Positions 18,513-28,354 of a stretch of DNA of 64,000 nt are shown here, one piece after another. This stretch comes from Minisyncoccota bacterium. GTDB taxonomy: Bacteria; Patescibacteriota; Minisyncoccia; Moranbacterales; UBA1568. Made by a program: the position numbers and the translations under genes. The first letter of the stretch is position 1. Each line of letters starts with the position of its first letter. The stretch covers positions 97,764 to 161,763 of the forward strand of contig JBPPMJ010000003.1 of assembly GCA_051306005.1 (NCBI GenBank). The letters run 5' to 3'. The notes under the pieces were generated by a model that was not told where the DNA came from, did no database searches, and saw only the letters and a program-made list of their open reading frames with translations.

Positions 18513-18982
18513 TTAAATATGCAGGATTTTTTCCAACGTGTCAACCAATCTGGGCTCGTGTTTTTCTTCTGGAATAAAATCGTCCAAGAGGTCTCGCAAG
18601 TGTTCAATATCTTCCGCAATGACGGGGATGTGTACATAAGGGACCAATCTGCCCTGTGTTTCTATACTGAGGATGTTTTCAAAAGGGGGGTCGCGATAAA
18701 TAAAAAATGAGGCAATATTTTCAAATGCGTAAAATTCATCGCCCGCGATAATACCTTTTTCGGTTACAAAAAATGTCAGAGTACGGTACTCGCGGAGCAT
18801 AGAAAGATAGCCAACGACACCAATCAAGATAAAGGTAATCGCCATTAGCAGACTATTTGTATAGAGCGCATAACCAATAATCATGATCAAAAGAATCGTG
18901 ACGATAGTGCGTGAACGTGGACCGAGGTAGAGAGGTTCGTGCTCCAAGGCTTGCCAGCGGAATCGGACTTCACCATATGGCA
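18513..18982 (-). CDS. Hypothetical membrane protein
   Basis: Start placed at MPYGEVRFRWQ. Two TM helices followed by a soluble domain. The ORF track extension to 19172 overlaps tRNA-Ser on the opposite strand and is unlikely to be real. Confidence 0.4.
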
Positions 18983-19174
18983 TTGAGGCACTCTGCGTAG
19001 AATGATTGGAAGAGTGAGTAGGCATAGAAACCAAACAAGAGTATACCGATACTATACCATACTCTATGTGAATAGTAGAGGTAACGAGAGTTGACGAGGG
19101 CTCTGATATTGTGGCACAGTACAGAGGATCAGGTTTGAGACAAATACTATGCTTCAAGAATGGCATGATCAACC

Positions 19175-19261
19175 GGAGGCGTGTGTGAGTGGTTGAAACA
19201 GACAGTCTTGAAAACTGTTATACCCGGAAGGGTATCGAAGGTTCGAATCCTTCCGCCTCCG
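19175..19261 (+). tRNA. tRNA-Ser (anticodon TGA), long variable arm
   Basis: GGAGGCGTGTGTGAGTGGTTGAAACAGACAGTCTTGAAAACTGTTATACCCGGAAGGGTATCGAAGGTTCGAATCCTTCCGCCTCCG. Anticodon loop CTTGAAA. An AT-rich putative island begins immediately 3' of it. Confidence 0.85.
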
Positions 19262-19362
19262 CAGCTAGCTTGAAGTATCGAGAGACCCGAGAACCCTCTG
19301 TTTAAGCCAAAGAATAAATGGCAAAAAATAGAGAGTACACGGGACTCGAACTCAAGCACAAT

Positions 19363-19387
19363 AAAACCGCCTTTTGGGCGGTTTTAT
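19363..19387. terminator. Bidirectional hairpin terminator
   Basis: AAAACCGCCTTTTGGGCGGTTTT: a GC stem flanked by A and T runs. Lies between tRNA-Ser (+) and the minus-strand gene ending at 19404. Confidence 0.5.
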
Positions 19388-19403
19388 TGTGTCTTTAAAT
19401 TTT

Positions 19404-20048
19404 CTATAGATCGCTTATTTTTTCTCCCATCGGAGTACTAAGCGTCCATTTCATTTGTTTGGAATCAAAGTCGAGCATCTTGTTTATGAGCCCGATCTCA
19501 TGAGATTTCCACTCCTCAGGATAAGGATATGCATACTTCCCTTCCTGAATAAGCTTGCGACAATATTCCATATTAAGACATTCGTCGATAGTTTTTACTT
19601 TACCATCAGTGTCTTTTACCTTTCCGTAATTTATATCCCAATCTTTGTATTGTTGGAATTTAGCATCATCATTAAAGATGTGATAATTCCCGTTAGGATC
19701 TTTTTTATGAATTTGTTTAGCGAGTTTGATAAGATCTTCTTGCGAAGTCTCTGCTGGTATCATGATGTTTTTCCATTCCTGACCAGACTTATCATAAGTC
19801 TCTAAGTTCTTATAAGCGATGACTGCTTCACTCTCCTGTGGCACAGGAACGCTTTGTTCTTGAGCAATCGGAGCTGGTTCTTTAGTGACATCATCTTTTT
19901 TCTTCTCATCGGAGCTTCCGCCCACAATAAGGATAAAAAAGAATATTATTAAGCCAATTGCCCATCGTTTTTTGATGCGCTTCTTATACCAAGCTTTCTT
20001 TTCTGGAAGTTTTTGAGCCTCTCCAGAGGGCTGAGAATTACTCTCCAT
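19404..20048 (-). CDS. Hypothetical membrane-anchored extracytoplasmic protein
   Basis: Start at MESNSQP. A basic stretch, then one TM helix (WAIGLIIFFFILIVGG), then a hydrophilic domain. No recognisable motifs. Confidence 0.4.
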   Translation of the reverse strand: MESNSQPSGEAQKLPEKKAWYKKRIKKRWAIGLIIFFFILIVGGSSDEKKKDDVTKEPAPIAQEQSVPVPQESEAVIAYKNLETYDKSGQEWKNIMIPAETSQEDLIKLAKQIHKKDPNGNYHIFNDDAKFQQYKDWDINYGKVKDTDGKVKTIDECLNMEYCRKLIQEGKYAYPYPEEWKSHEIGLINKMLDFDSKQMKWTLSTPMGEKISDL

Positions 20049-20291
20049 ATGTTTGACGTAGGATTTATTAACTAATTTTTTAAGGTACAAAAAAGGTCCC
20101 CCAACCAAAGCTATAACTCTTTCGAGCTACCCAATGTCCTTTCGGAACACTGACCTACGTCAATAAGTGCCGGTCGGGAGACCGTCTTTATGACGTAGGT
20201 GACTTTATTGCGCCATGCTCACATCGCTATGAGTTTAGGCTGGTTGTATCTGCATTATAGATTTTTAAAGGGCTTTTATCAACTGAATGCT

Positions 20292-21668
20292 TTATTTTAG
20301 GGTGGTTTCATACTCTTTTAGACTTAATGTTTTATTCTTTTTAATCACTAGGCGACTTTTTAGACTGCCTAGAAGTTCTCTCTTTTCAGCCATTTTTCCT
20401 TCTTTGAGAATGTATTTTGCATAGGCACGGATATCAAAAGGGGATTCCTCAGAAGTCTCTACTTTGCCGCTTAGCCGAAGCACTGATTTTTGAAAATGGT
20501 TATAGCGGTTAACCTCATCTTCAAATTGCCTTTTGAGACCAATTTCATTTATATCTATCTTATCGATCAGCTTTGTCATTTCCTCGATTAACAATTCTTC
20601 TCTCAGGTAGCCAAGTTTGCAACTATGATCTCGAGAGCGAGTACATCCGTAGTAAATATAAGTAGCGGTATTTCCATTCTTAAGTTTCTTGTACTTTTCA
20701 TCTGCGGTCACACCTGATCCGCAGAGACCACAAGTTATGAGCCGAGTGAAAGCAAACTCTTTTCCTTCTCTAATAATTCTTGCTCGTTTTAGTTGTTCTT
20801 GTACCAGATCAAAAAGTTCTTTAGAAATAAGGGGCTCATGTTTTCCTTGATACCAGTTACCGCTATTTCTAGGATATTCAAAGACTCCATAGTAAAAACT
20901 CGTTTGGAGTAAACGGTAGAGGTTACTTAGCGACATATGTTTATTACTCTTAGCTTTGAAGTTGAGATCAAACTTGAGCCAGTGGTATACTTTTCGTCCT
21001 GACCAATTTTCGTAAGCTACTTTTTCAAATATTTGTTTTACAATTGCAGATCGCATAGGGTCTATTTCTACGTGACTTTTACGGTCTGGCGTAATAGCGT
21101 TCAGATAACCAGTGGGAGCCATGGTTGGCCACAGTCCCATTTCACACCTCATTCGAAGTCCTCGTTTCACATTGATGCCTCGATTATCATTTTCTAGTTT
21201 TGCTTGCGATCCTAAGATCATCAGGAGGAATTTCTCGTTAGGGGAGTTGCTAAAGCTCTGGCCGTAGGTACGAATTTCATGCAGGAGCTGTTGATCCATG
21301 AGGTCTACTAGAGAACCTAAGTCACCAGCGTTTCTACTAAGTCTGTCTGGCGCCCATGTCAGAATAGCGTTGAAGCGACCTAAGCGAATATCATTTATAA
21401 GTTCGTTGTAAACTGGTCGTCCGCCTGAATTTTTAGCCGAGTGGCTTTCTCTCCGAATTTCTACAATCTCCAATCCATCCCTCTCGGCTATTTGAAGCAT
21501 CTCCTTAATCTGAGAGTCGATAGAAAGGACTTGCCGTTCCTCGGATTCCGTCGATTTTCGAGCGTAGAGGCAGTACTTCATCTGTAGGGGAGCTTCTATA
21601 TTCTTTGCCTCTGAAGCTGCCCGTAATTGCGTTATATGGTCGTTCATATCCCAATGAATGACAGACAT
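20292..21668 (-). CDS. Large serine recombinase (resolvase domain + recombinase domain + zinc ribbon)
   Basis: N-terminal resolvase catalytic region YARKSTESEERQVLSIDSQ (aligns with YxRVST...S-x2-Q; the catalytic Ser is in KST). A recombinase domain and a C-terminal Cys cluster (CGLCGS...C) follow. 458 aa. Confidence 0.85.
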   Translation of the reverse strand: MSVIHWDMNDHITQLRAASEAKNIEAPLQMKYCLYARKSTESEERQVLSIDSQIKEMLQIAERDGLEIVEIRRESHSAKNSGGRPVYNELINDIRLGRFNAILTWAPDRLSRNAGDLGSLVDLMDQQLLHEIRTYGQSFSNSPNEKFLLMILGSQAKLENDNRGINVKRGLRMRCEMGLWPTMAPTGYLNAITPDRKSHVEIDPMRSAIVKQIFEKVAYENWSGRKVYHWLKFDLNFKAKSNKHMSLSNLYRLLQTSFYYGVFEYPRNSGNWYQGKHEPLISKELFDLVQEQLKRARIIREGKEFAFTRLITCGLCGSGVTADEKYKKLKNGNTATYIYYGCTRSRDHSCKLGYLREELLIEEMTKLIDKIDINEIGLKRQFEDEVNRYNHFQKSVLRLSGKVETSEESPFDIRAYAKYILKEGKMAEKRELLGSLKSRLVIKKNKTLSLKEYETTLK

Positions 21669-21700
21669 CCCTAAACTAGTCTAGGCCCCTCCAAAAGCCC

Positions 21701-23158
21701 CTAAAATCCCTCTGGTTTCTCAGCAAAACCTCGGGAGCCTCTCTTATTGAGTTGTATGGCTTTCCCAGCCAATATGGAAAAAGCGTCTGCAAGATCATCG
21801 TGCTTTTCCTTTCCAAACCCCACGAGATTTTCTAGAAGATCCTCACAACCACTTTCTGGAAATTGAATTTTACCAGAAGTTACTAAATTACTTACAGACA
21901 TTAAACGGGCTCGTTTATCAGAAAATACTTGTACAGTTTCTGTACGATAGTAGTCTCTGTTTAATTGTTCCGCCGCAACACGTTGATAGCCAACGTCTTC
22001 AATGAGGATAATAACTTTTCCGTAGTGTTGAGTGGAATCGTGAAGCATTTTTATTGCAGAGAGTGTGTCTTCAAAATTTAATCTTTTCTCTATTGGATTC
22101 GGAAGTATGTATATTCTAAAGTCTTCTCCATACCCAGTAACTAATCCTACTACAAGAGCAGTAAAGTCAGCTGTTGATTTTTGGGAAATAGCTAAGTCAG
22201 TTCCAATGAGGACTCTTTTCCAGTGTTTGTCTGGTAGATTTTTATAATATTTAATTTGGTCATAGCTGAAGATTTGGTCGTCGTCAGGAATGATACGGAG
22301 GAGATATTCTCTTTGCCAAGCAATTTCGTTTCCAACTTTTTTTCTTTCTTTCTCAATCTCTGATTCATCGAGGTACTTCCCCTTCCAAAGAATCTCATCA
22401 TTTTCATTTAGTAGTGGATATTTCTTAAAAACTCCTTCACCAGATCCTTCTTCAATATCACTCTTTAAATGCATAAGGAGGGAATCTTCGTGAAGAAGAT
22501 TTCCGACTATCACCAGCTTGGTATTTTTATCACCAAGAGGAATAATTTCTCCTTTAAGCCAGTTGTATGTTTTTTGCCTCCCTTCTTTAGTTTTAGCTGA
22601 AGCCATATCTTCCACATCGTCACCGATAATCAGATCGGGACGGTGTTGTCCGTGACGCATCCCACGAATACTTTGTTCTGAAGAAGCAGCTGTAATACGG
22701 GCATTCATATTGGAAAAAACGAGTGAAGTTGATCCCCATTCGTCACTTTCTTCTTGAAATGGACCGAGGTCATTTTTAAGTAAGGTATTATTCTCGAGCT
22801 CTCTTTTTAAGTTAGTCATATGTTGCTTTGCCTGAGTTCTTGTTTGGCAAAGGATAACAACAAACTTCTTTTGCTGTTTACCAAGGATTGCCCAGATAGG
22901 ATAGGAAGTGGTAATGATAGTGGATTTACCAGATCCACGGAAAGCTACGATATAGAGGTTTTTGATAGTCTCGTCTTCCGTAAGGTTGAAAATTTCCCTT
23001 TGAAACTGAGCAGTTTCATACTTTACATAGTGAGCAAAGTAAAGGTGAAAAAACATAAAATGACTTTGCTGAGTAATAGCAATACGTACAGTTCTATCGG
23101 CAATCATTCTATCTATTACCTCATCAGGTATTTGTTTACTTATTTTTGACATCTCCAT
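21701..23158 (-). CDS. Phage terminase large subunit
   Basis: Walker A AFRGSGKST, ATPase coupling motifs, and a C-terminal RNase-H-like nuclease region (IGTDLAISQKSTADFTALVV...). Tightly followed (33 nt) by the recombinase gene. Confidence 0.75.
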   Translation of the reverse strand: MEMSKISKQIPDEVIDRMIADRTVRIAITQQSHFMFFHLYFAHYVKYETAQFQREIFNLTEDETIKNLYIVAFRGSGKSTIITTSYPIWAILGKQQKKFVVILCQTRTQAKQHMTNLKRELENNTLLKNDLGPFQEESDEWGSTSLVFSNMNARITAASSEQSIRGMRHGQHRPDLIIGDDVEDMASAKTKEGRQKTYNWLKGEIIPLGDKNTKLVIVGNLLHEDSLLMHLKSDIEEGSGEGVFKKYPLLNENDEILWKGKYLDESEIEKERKKVGNEIAWQREYLLRIIPDDDQIFSYDQIKYYKNLPDKHWKRVLIGTDLAISQKSTADFTALVVGLVTGYGEDFRIYILPNPIEKRLNFEDTLSAIKMLHDSTQHYGKVIILIEDVGYQRVAAEQLNRDYYRTETVQVFSDKRARLMSVSNLVTSGKIQFPESGCEDLLENLVGFGKEKHDDLADAFSILAGKAIQLNKRGSRGFAEKPEGF

Positions 23159-23534
23159 TATCGTTAATGGCCGCTAAACGTAAAGCTTCTCTCACCACTT
23201 CTTCTTGCTCGGGAGTGAGGTTTTCTTGTTTCTCTATTTTAGCTGTCACCTTTACTCGTTCCTTAAACTTCTCATGACGGTGATTGAGCCAGAATCTAAT
23301 AGCAGGAAAATTCTTTTCTCTGATGAGAGTGATAAGTTGGGATTCACCCATATCGTTAACCAGAGCCTCTCCTTCAGAGAGGGCTTCTTCAAGACTCTTC
23401 TTAAACTTCTTATCCTTATCTCGCCAGCGATATATGGTAGCTCGCGAAACACCTGATTTTTCACAAGCCACTTGGATAATGGGAACTCGTTTTAAGTTCT
23501 CAAGAAAGAGTTTTTTAGTGGCATGAGTTTTCAT
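23136..23534 (-). CDS. Terminase small subunit-like HTH DNA-binding protein
   Basis: N-terminal HTH (ACEKSGVSRATIYRWRDKD) and the position immediately upstream of, and overlapping, the terminase large subunit gene. Confidence 0.5.
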   Translation of the reverse strand: MKTHATKKLFLENLKRVPIIQVACEKSGVSRATIYRWRDKDKKFKKSLEEALSEGEALVNDMGESQLITLIREKNFPAIRFWLNHRHEKFKERVKVTAKIEKQENLTPEQEEVVREALRLAAINDNGDVKNK

Positions 23535-24304
23535 ATGCGTTTTGCTTTAATACCAAAAGTTTTCTCAAAACGATCAATGACAGTCTGGCAGTACTCGGGA
23601 TCAAGTTCTATGAGAACACATTTACGCTTAGTTTGTTCACAAGCCATCATAGTAGAACCTGAGCCACCAAAGCAGTCATAGACAACATCATCAATGGCAC
23701 TGCTATTTAGAATAAGTCTCCTTAGTAAACCAATTGGTTTTTGAGTAGGATGGAGAGCACTTTTGTTTGGCTTGGGGCAAAAAAGAATAGATTTATCTTT
23801 TCCCTTATGAAAGAGATGGGTTCCATACCAGCCAACGGCAATAAGCTCGTGCATCGGTAAGTAATCTTTCCGTCCGATGACAGGGTGATTTTTAATCCAG
23901 ATGACAAGTTGTGAAAATTTCAATCCCGCTTCTTTCATGCCATCCCGAAGAGCAAAGACCATAAGGTCAGAGTTAAAGATGTAGAAGGTATTCTTTTTGG
24001 AGAGGTAGGGCAGAAGGGGAGTGATCCAGTCTTTGGTAAATTTGGCATACTCAGACTCTGAAGTAATATCATCATTTAAGATATTCTTATTAACTTTCAC
24101 TTGGCTAAAGCCGACCTTACTTTCGGTGTAGAGTACGCCGTAAGGGACATCAGTTAATACGAGAGATACTCTTGTATCTTTGAGTGCCTTATATATCAAG
24201 TTTGTATCTCGAGCATCTCCACAAATAAGGATATGATCTCCAATCCGAAATTGATCACCGTACCTAATTAAGTTTTCTGGCTTTTTGGTTGGTAAGTTTT
24301 TCAT
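23531..24304 (-). CDS. DNA methyltransferase (N6-adenine/N4-cytosine, beta class)
   Basis: Motif IV variant TDVPYG precedes motif I CFGGSGST. This order is typical of beta-class amino-MTases. Confidence 0.75.
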   Translation of the reverse strand: MKNLPTKKPENLIRYGDQFRIGDHILICGDARDTNLIYKALKDTRVSLVLTDVPYGVLYTESKVGFSQVKVNKNILNDDITSESEYAKFTKDWITPLLPYLSKKNTFYIFNSDLMVFALRDGMKEAGLKFSQLVIWIKNHPVIGRKDYLPMHELIAVGWYGTHLFHKGKDKSILFCPKPNKSALHPTQKPIGLLRRLILNSSAIDDVVYDCFGGSGSTMMACEQTKRKCVLIELDPEYCQTVIDRFEKTFGIKAKRI

Positions 24305-25538
24305 AGCGGTTGATAATTAAATCACAAAATATAGGTTCTATTTCTACAAGGTAGACTTTGCGTTTAAGTTGCTCGCCAGCGATTAGGCTACTACCTGAAC
24401 CACCAAAGCCATCGAAGATAATGTCACCTGGCTTCGTACATCTGCGAATAGCTTTTTCATAGACGGTAGGTGGTTTCATAGTCGGGTGCTCGTATTCATT
24501 ACCCGCTAAACGTTTCACAAGCCAGATGTCTATAAGATCAAGAACATCATCAATAAGACGATTTCCCGTACTGACATCTTTATTCATAACTTCATTGAGA
24601 CTCTGTTCATTTTTAGAGAGATAAGGCTTACCTTTGATGCCGTAGACACAGGGTTCATAGCATTTACTAAACGCCACTCCCGGGGTAGGATTTTGACCAT
24701 TCTTAATCCATAAGCATACCCGTTTATTTTGAATACCAGATTCTCGATAGAGCTCTTGAAGAAGTCCAATGTAAACTTCGTCGCACCAGTAGAAAATATG
24801 GCAGGCATCATGAGAGATACTAAGAGCATTATCAAGGCTTTGCTTGAGAAACTTTTTGTACTCTGTATCAGTCTTTTGATCTTTGGTTTTACCACCGTAT
24901 GATTGTTTGCCGCCCACTCCCGAATCATATGAAAGCCCTATATTGTATATGGGATCAGAAAATATCATGTGAGCTTTTTCTTTTCCGAAGAGTTTTGATA
25001 TGACATCAGAATCTGTAGTATCTCCACAAATCAGTTTGTGTATACCAAGCTGATATATGTCACCAAGTTTTGTCTTCGGCTTTTTTATTTTTTCTAATTC
25101 TTTTTCAAGCCGAAAATCATCGTCCTCAGTTTCTAGGTATCCATCCCAGATTTGAGAAAGATCGTCTTCGTTGAATCCAATATCTAGAAGTAACCCGACA
25201 TCAAAAGATTTGAGTTTTTCAAAATCCCAATCTCCACCGACAGCATTGCTAGTGAGCATGTACTGTTCATACTCTTTTGAAGTGAGTTTGCGGTTAGGCA
25301 CTCGTACATCTATTTCTTCATCTCCTCGACCGAGAATTTGTAGTACCTTAATACGCTGATGACCAGCAATTATCTTACCATCTGTATCAATTGCGGGGAT
25401 CTCGACTAAATTGAACTTTTTGAGACTCTTCTTGAGGTCATTTACCTGCTTCTCGCTTATAGTGCGAGGATTCTTCTCGTAGGCGAGAAGGTTTTTTACG
25501 AAACGCTTTTCTGTCTGCCATACTAGTTTTTGAGACAT
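24264..25538 (-). CDS. ParB-like nuclease domain fused to DNA methyltransferase
   Basis: N-terminal ParB/Srx-like region (...IIAGHQRIKVLQ...), then MTase motif IV SDPIYN and motif I FDGFGGSGSS. ParB-MTase fusions are common phage orphan methylases. Confidence 0.75.
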   Translation of the reverse strand: MSQKLVWQTEKRFVKNLLAYEKNPRTISEKQVNDLKKSLKKFNLVEIPAIDTDGKIIAGHQRIKVLQILGRGDEEIDVRVPNRKLTSKEYEQYMLTSNAVGGDWDFEKLKSFDVGLLLDIGFNEDDLSQIWDGYLETEDDDFRLEKELEKIKKPKTKLGDIYQLGIHKLICGDTTDSDVISKLFGKEKAHMIFSDPIYNIGLSYDSGVGGKQSYGGKTKDQKTDTEYKKFLKQSLDNALSISHDACHIFYWCDEVYIGLLQELYRESGIQNKRVCLWIKNGQNPTPGVAFSKCYEPCVYGIKGKPYLSKNEQSLNEVMNKDVSTGNRLIDDVLDLIDIWLVKRLAGNEYEHPTMKPPTVYEKAIRRCTKPGDIIFDGFGGSGSSLIAGEQLKRKVYLVEIEPIFCDLIINRYEKLTNQKARKLN

Positions 25539-25626
25539 AATATTGTTTTTATTACTTATGCCTCAATTATGAAGTCAAAAAAATCGCCTTCATTTAGGCG
25601 ATTTGAATGCGTTTTATTAATACTAG

Positions 25627-26541
25627 CTATCTTTTCTTCACACGGTCCCGTATAGCTGAAAGTGATAAGTGTTCAAATTCGGGTCTATCTTTTATGTCTT
25701 TGAAGATTTTCATATCTAGCCTACCAAGCTTTTTGCTTTCATTATAAATTTTAAGTATTTTTTTAGTCTCATTAGCTTTTCTAGGGCTTTTTCTAACTCT
25801 CCCGACTGAATATGGATACTTCTTTTTGAAAATATTAAGAGGATCTTTTTCGATAAAATCAATCAATTCTTTTTTTGTAGTATCAATATCAAAGCTTATT
25901 GATTTTTTTGGTTTTTTACCGACAGGAACTCCATATTCATATTGGAAAGAGATTCCGGGATCTGCAGGAATAATTGTGTTAAAGAGTAAGAGTTCAACTA
26001 TGGCATCATAATATCTCCAAGGTAAATTCCATTTTTTCAATAGATAATGAGCCGCACCAAAAACGCTTTCGTTAACTATTTGTGAGGCGTACTTTAATTT
26101 AGCGGGAGTACTTTTTAGATTGGTGCCATCAGCCCAGCTAAAAAACCATCTTCTGTATTCAGGACTTATTGTCTGAGGAAAAATATTGGTATAGATCTTG
26201 TTTATCTCAGTTCTATTAGGAATCATGAAAGCACTATTTGTAGGACTTATTTTAAGAGCTGAACGAACTTCTTTTAGAAGTTTTTGATTATTAAATGAAT
26301 CGAGTAATTCAAGATGAATCATATCTTTATGCTCTCGATTAGCTTTTTTGTAAGAAGCAGTAGTATTGCGAATAACTATTGGAGGAATAAAAAACAGACG
26401 TCTCTCTAAATCTTTTAAATCATTCAGAGAGTAGTCTAACTTTAAGAAATGAGTCTCTTTTAGAGTCTTCCTTGAAATAGGAATGTATTGCTTCAATAGT
26501 GGAGATTTATTACATTCTCCAATAAATCTCTTGATATCCAT
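25627..26541 (-). CDS. Hypothetical protein (very AT-rich, Lys-rich)
   Basis: 304 aa ORF with no recognisable motif. Sits between the MTase/terminase operon and the Type III R-M operon. Confidence 0.4.
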   Translation of the reverse strand: MDIKRFIGECNKSPLLKQYIPISRKTLKETHFLKLDYSLNDLKDLERRLFFIPPIVIRNTTASYKKANREHKDMIHLELLDSFNNQKLLKEVRSALKISPTNSAFMIPNRTEINKIYTNIFPQTISPEYRRWFFSWADGTNLKSTPAKLKYASQIVNESVFGAAHYLLKKWNLPWRYYDAIVELLLFNTIIPADPGISFQYEYGVPVGKKPKKSISFDIDTTKKELIDFIEKDPLNIFKKKYPYSVGRVRKSPRKANETKKILKIYNESKKLGRLDMKIFKDIKDRPEFEHLSLSAIRDRVKKR

Positions 26542-26601
26542 AGAAAATCTTTACTTTACGGAAGTCTTACTTTGTTGTAAACTAATGGTAACTCAAATTT
26601 T

Positions 26602-26802
26602 ATGAAGAATCAACCAAAGAAAACTGAAGATTACCCAGATATTCTAACTCTTCAAGAAGCATGTGAGCTTCTAAACTGCCATCCAAATACTCTTCGTAAC
26701 TGGGATAACAAGGGTATTTTAAAGGCTATACGATTTGGGACAAGAAAAGACAGAAGGTATAAGAAAGAAGACGTTCTTAATGTTATCAATGAAAGTCATT
26801 AA
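26602..26802 (+). CDS. Excisionase/MerR-like HTH DNA-binding protein (putative R-M controller)
   Basis: 66 aa; LTLQEACELLNCHPNTLRNWDNKGIL is a classic MerR/excisionase-type HTH. Lies 3 nt upstream of mod. Confidence 0.6.
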   Translation: MKNQPKKTEDYPDILTLQEACELLNCHPNTLRNWDNKGILKAIRFGTRKDRRYKKEDVLNVINESH

Positions 26803-26805
26803 AGT

Positions 26806-28350
26806 ATGCCGACATTAAACTGGATTGGAAAAGAAGCGGTAGTAAATCATGATAAAGAGGTTCCTTTTAGACTGTTAAAAAAAGTGAAATCTGCTTCTGC
26901 GGGGAATAATTCTCAGAATCTTATTGTGCATGGAGACAATCTCGAAGCCCTAAAAGCACTTATGCCGTATTATGGTGGGAAAGTGAAGTGTGTCTATATT
27001 GATCCCCCGTATAATACTGGCAATGAAAGTTGGGTTTATAACGATAAAGTAAACTCACCTAAGATTAAAAAGTGGCTAGGAAAAGTAGTAGGAAAAGAGT
27101 TGGAGGATCTTTGTCGCCACGACAAGTGGCTTTGTATGATGTATCCAAGAATGAGTCTACTACGCGATCTGATGTCGGAAGATGGAGCTTTTTTTGTTTC
27201 TATTGACGATGATGAAGGGCAGTATTTGAAAGCAATGCTTGATGAAATATTTGGTAGAGAGAACTTTCTTACTACTATTATTTGGCATAAAAAACATACC
27301 TCGGCTAATGATGCGAGATTCTTCTCTGATAATCATGACTACATTCTTGTTTACACAAAAAATATTAATAAATTCAATATCAATTTATTACCTAGAGAAG
27401 CAATACATGATTCTCGTTATACTAATATAGATAATGATTCTCGCGGTCCTTGGGCTTCGGGTCCTTGTCATGTTAAAACTCCAAGTGCTAAAGACATTTA
27501 TGAGATAACTACACCAAGTGGTAGAAAAGTCTGGCCGCCTAAAAGTACTAGTTGGCGATTTTCTGAAAAGAAATTTGCTGAACTAGTGAAAGATAATCGT
27601 ATTTGGTTTGGTGAGAAGGGAGGTAACATTCCACGCTATAAAAGATTCTTAACAGATGTGCAGCAAGGCATTATTCCTAAGACAATGTGGCTAAGAGATG
27701 AAGTGGGAGATAATCAGGAAGCTAAATCAGAAGTAAAAGATTTAGTTCCGAATAGCCCATTTAATACTCCAAAGCCTACTCGTTTAATTAAGCGTATTTT
27801 ACAACTTTCGACCGATAAGGATTCTATTGTTTTTGATTCTTTCGCTGGCTCTGGGACTACTGGACAGGCAGTCCTGGATCTTAATAAAGAAGACGGAGGA
27901 AATAGAAAATTTGTCCTTGTTGAAATGGAAGATTCTGTAGCGAAAGATATTACAGCTGAAAGAATTAAACGAGCAATTAAAAAGTTCGATTATCAAGACG
28001 GATTTGAGTATTGTGAGTTAAGTGAACCTCTCTTTGATGAGAATGGGCAAATTGAAGAATCCTGTGATTTTAATCAATTTGCAACCTATCTTTATTTTAC
28101 CGAAACACAGACTAATATCGATAAAAATGAGATAAACGGAAATTTCATCGGAAAACACAATGAAAGAGAATATCACCTAATATACAAAGAGAAAGGGGAA
28201 AATGTATTGAGCAAACCCTTTCTAAAGAAACTGCCAAAGAATAATACAATTAAGGTTGTGTATGCAGATAGATGCACTTTAGATGAGGAAGTATTAGATA
28301 AATACAATATTATTTTTAAGCAGATCCCTTACGAAGTTAAAGTTTATTAA
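26806..28350 (+). CDS. mod: Type III restriction-modification methyltransferase (Mod), N6-adenine
   Basis: Motif IV DPPY (VYIDPPYNTGNE) near the N-terminus, motif I FDSFAGSGTTG near the C-terminus, and a central variable target-recognition region. Confidence 0.85.
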   Translation: MPTLNWIGKEAVVNHDKEVPFRLLKKVKSASAGNNSQNLIVHGDNLEALKALMPYYGGKVKCVYIDPPYNTGNESWVYNDKVNSPKIKKWLGKVVGKELEDLCRHDKWLCMMYPRMSLLRDLMSEDGAFFVSIDDDEGQYLKAMLDEIFGRENFLTTIIWHKKHTSANDARFFSDNHDYILVYTKNINKFNINLLPREAIHDSRYTNIDNDSRGPWASGPCHVKTPSAKDIYEITTPSGRKVWPPKSTSWRFSEKKFAELVKDNRIWFGEKGGNIPRYKRFLTDVQQGIIPKTMWLRDEVGDNQEAKSEVKDLVPNSPFNTPKPTRLIKRILQLSTDKDSIVFDSFAGSGTTGQAVLDLNKEDGGNRKFVLVEMEDSVAKDITAERIKRAIKKFDYQDGFEYCELSEPLFDENGQIEESCDFNQFATYLYFTETQTNIDKNEINGNFIGKHNEREYHLIYKEKGENVLSKPFLKKLPKNNTIKVVYADRCTLDEEVLDKYNIIFKQIPYEVKVY

Positions 28351-28354
28351 ATCT

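Noticed and set aside
18203-18637. 144 aa minus-strand ORF spanning both tRNA-Arg genes. Likewise ORF 19147-19359 over tRNA-Ser and ORF 57449-57700 over the tRNA cluster.
   Set aside because: They overlap clear tRNA cloverleaves. Translated products are low-complexity or Cys/Arg-rich artefacts of GC-rich tRNA sequence.
26806-28350. Phase-variable Type III mod (simple sequence repeats)
   Set aside because: I scanned mod and its upstream region for homopolymer or short tandem repeat tracts and saw none long enough to suggest slipped-strand phase variation.
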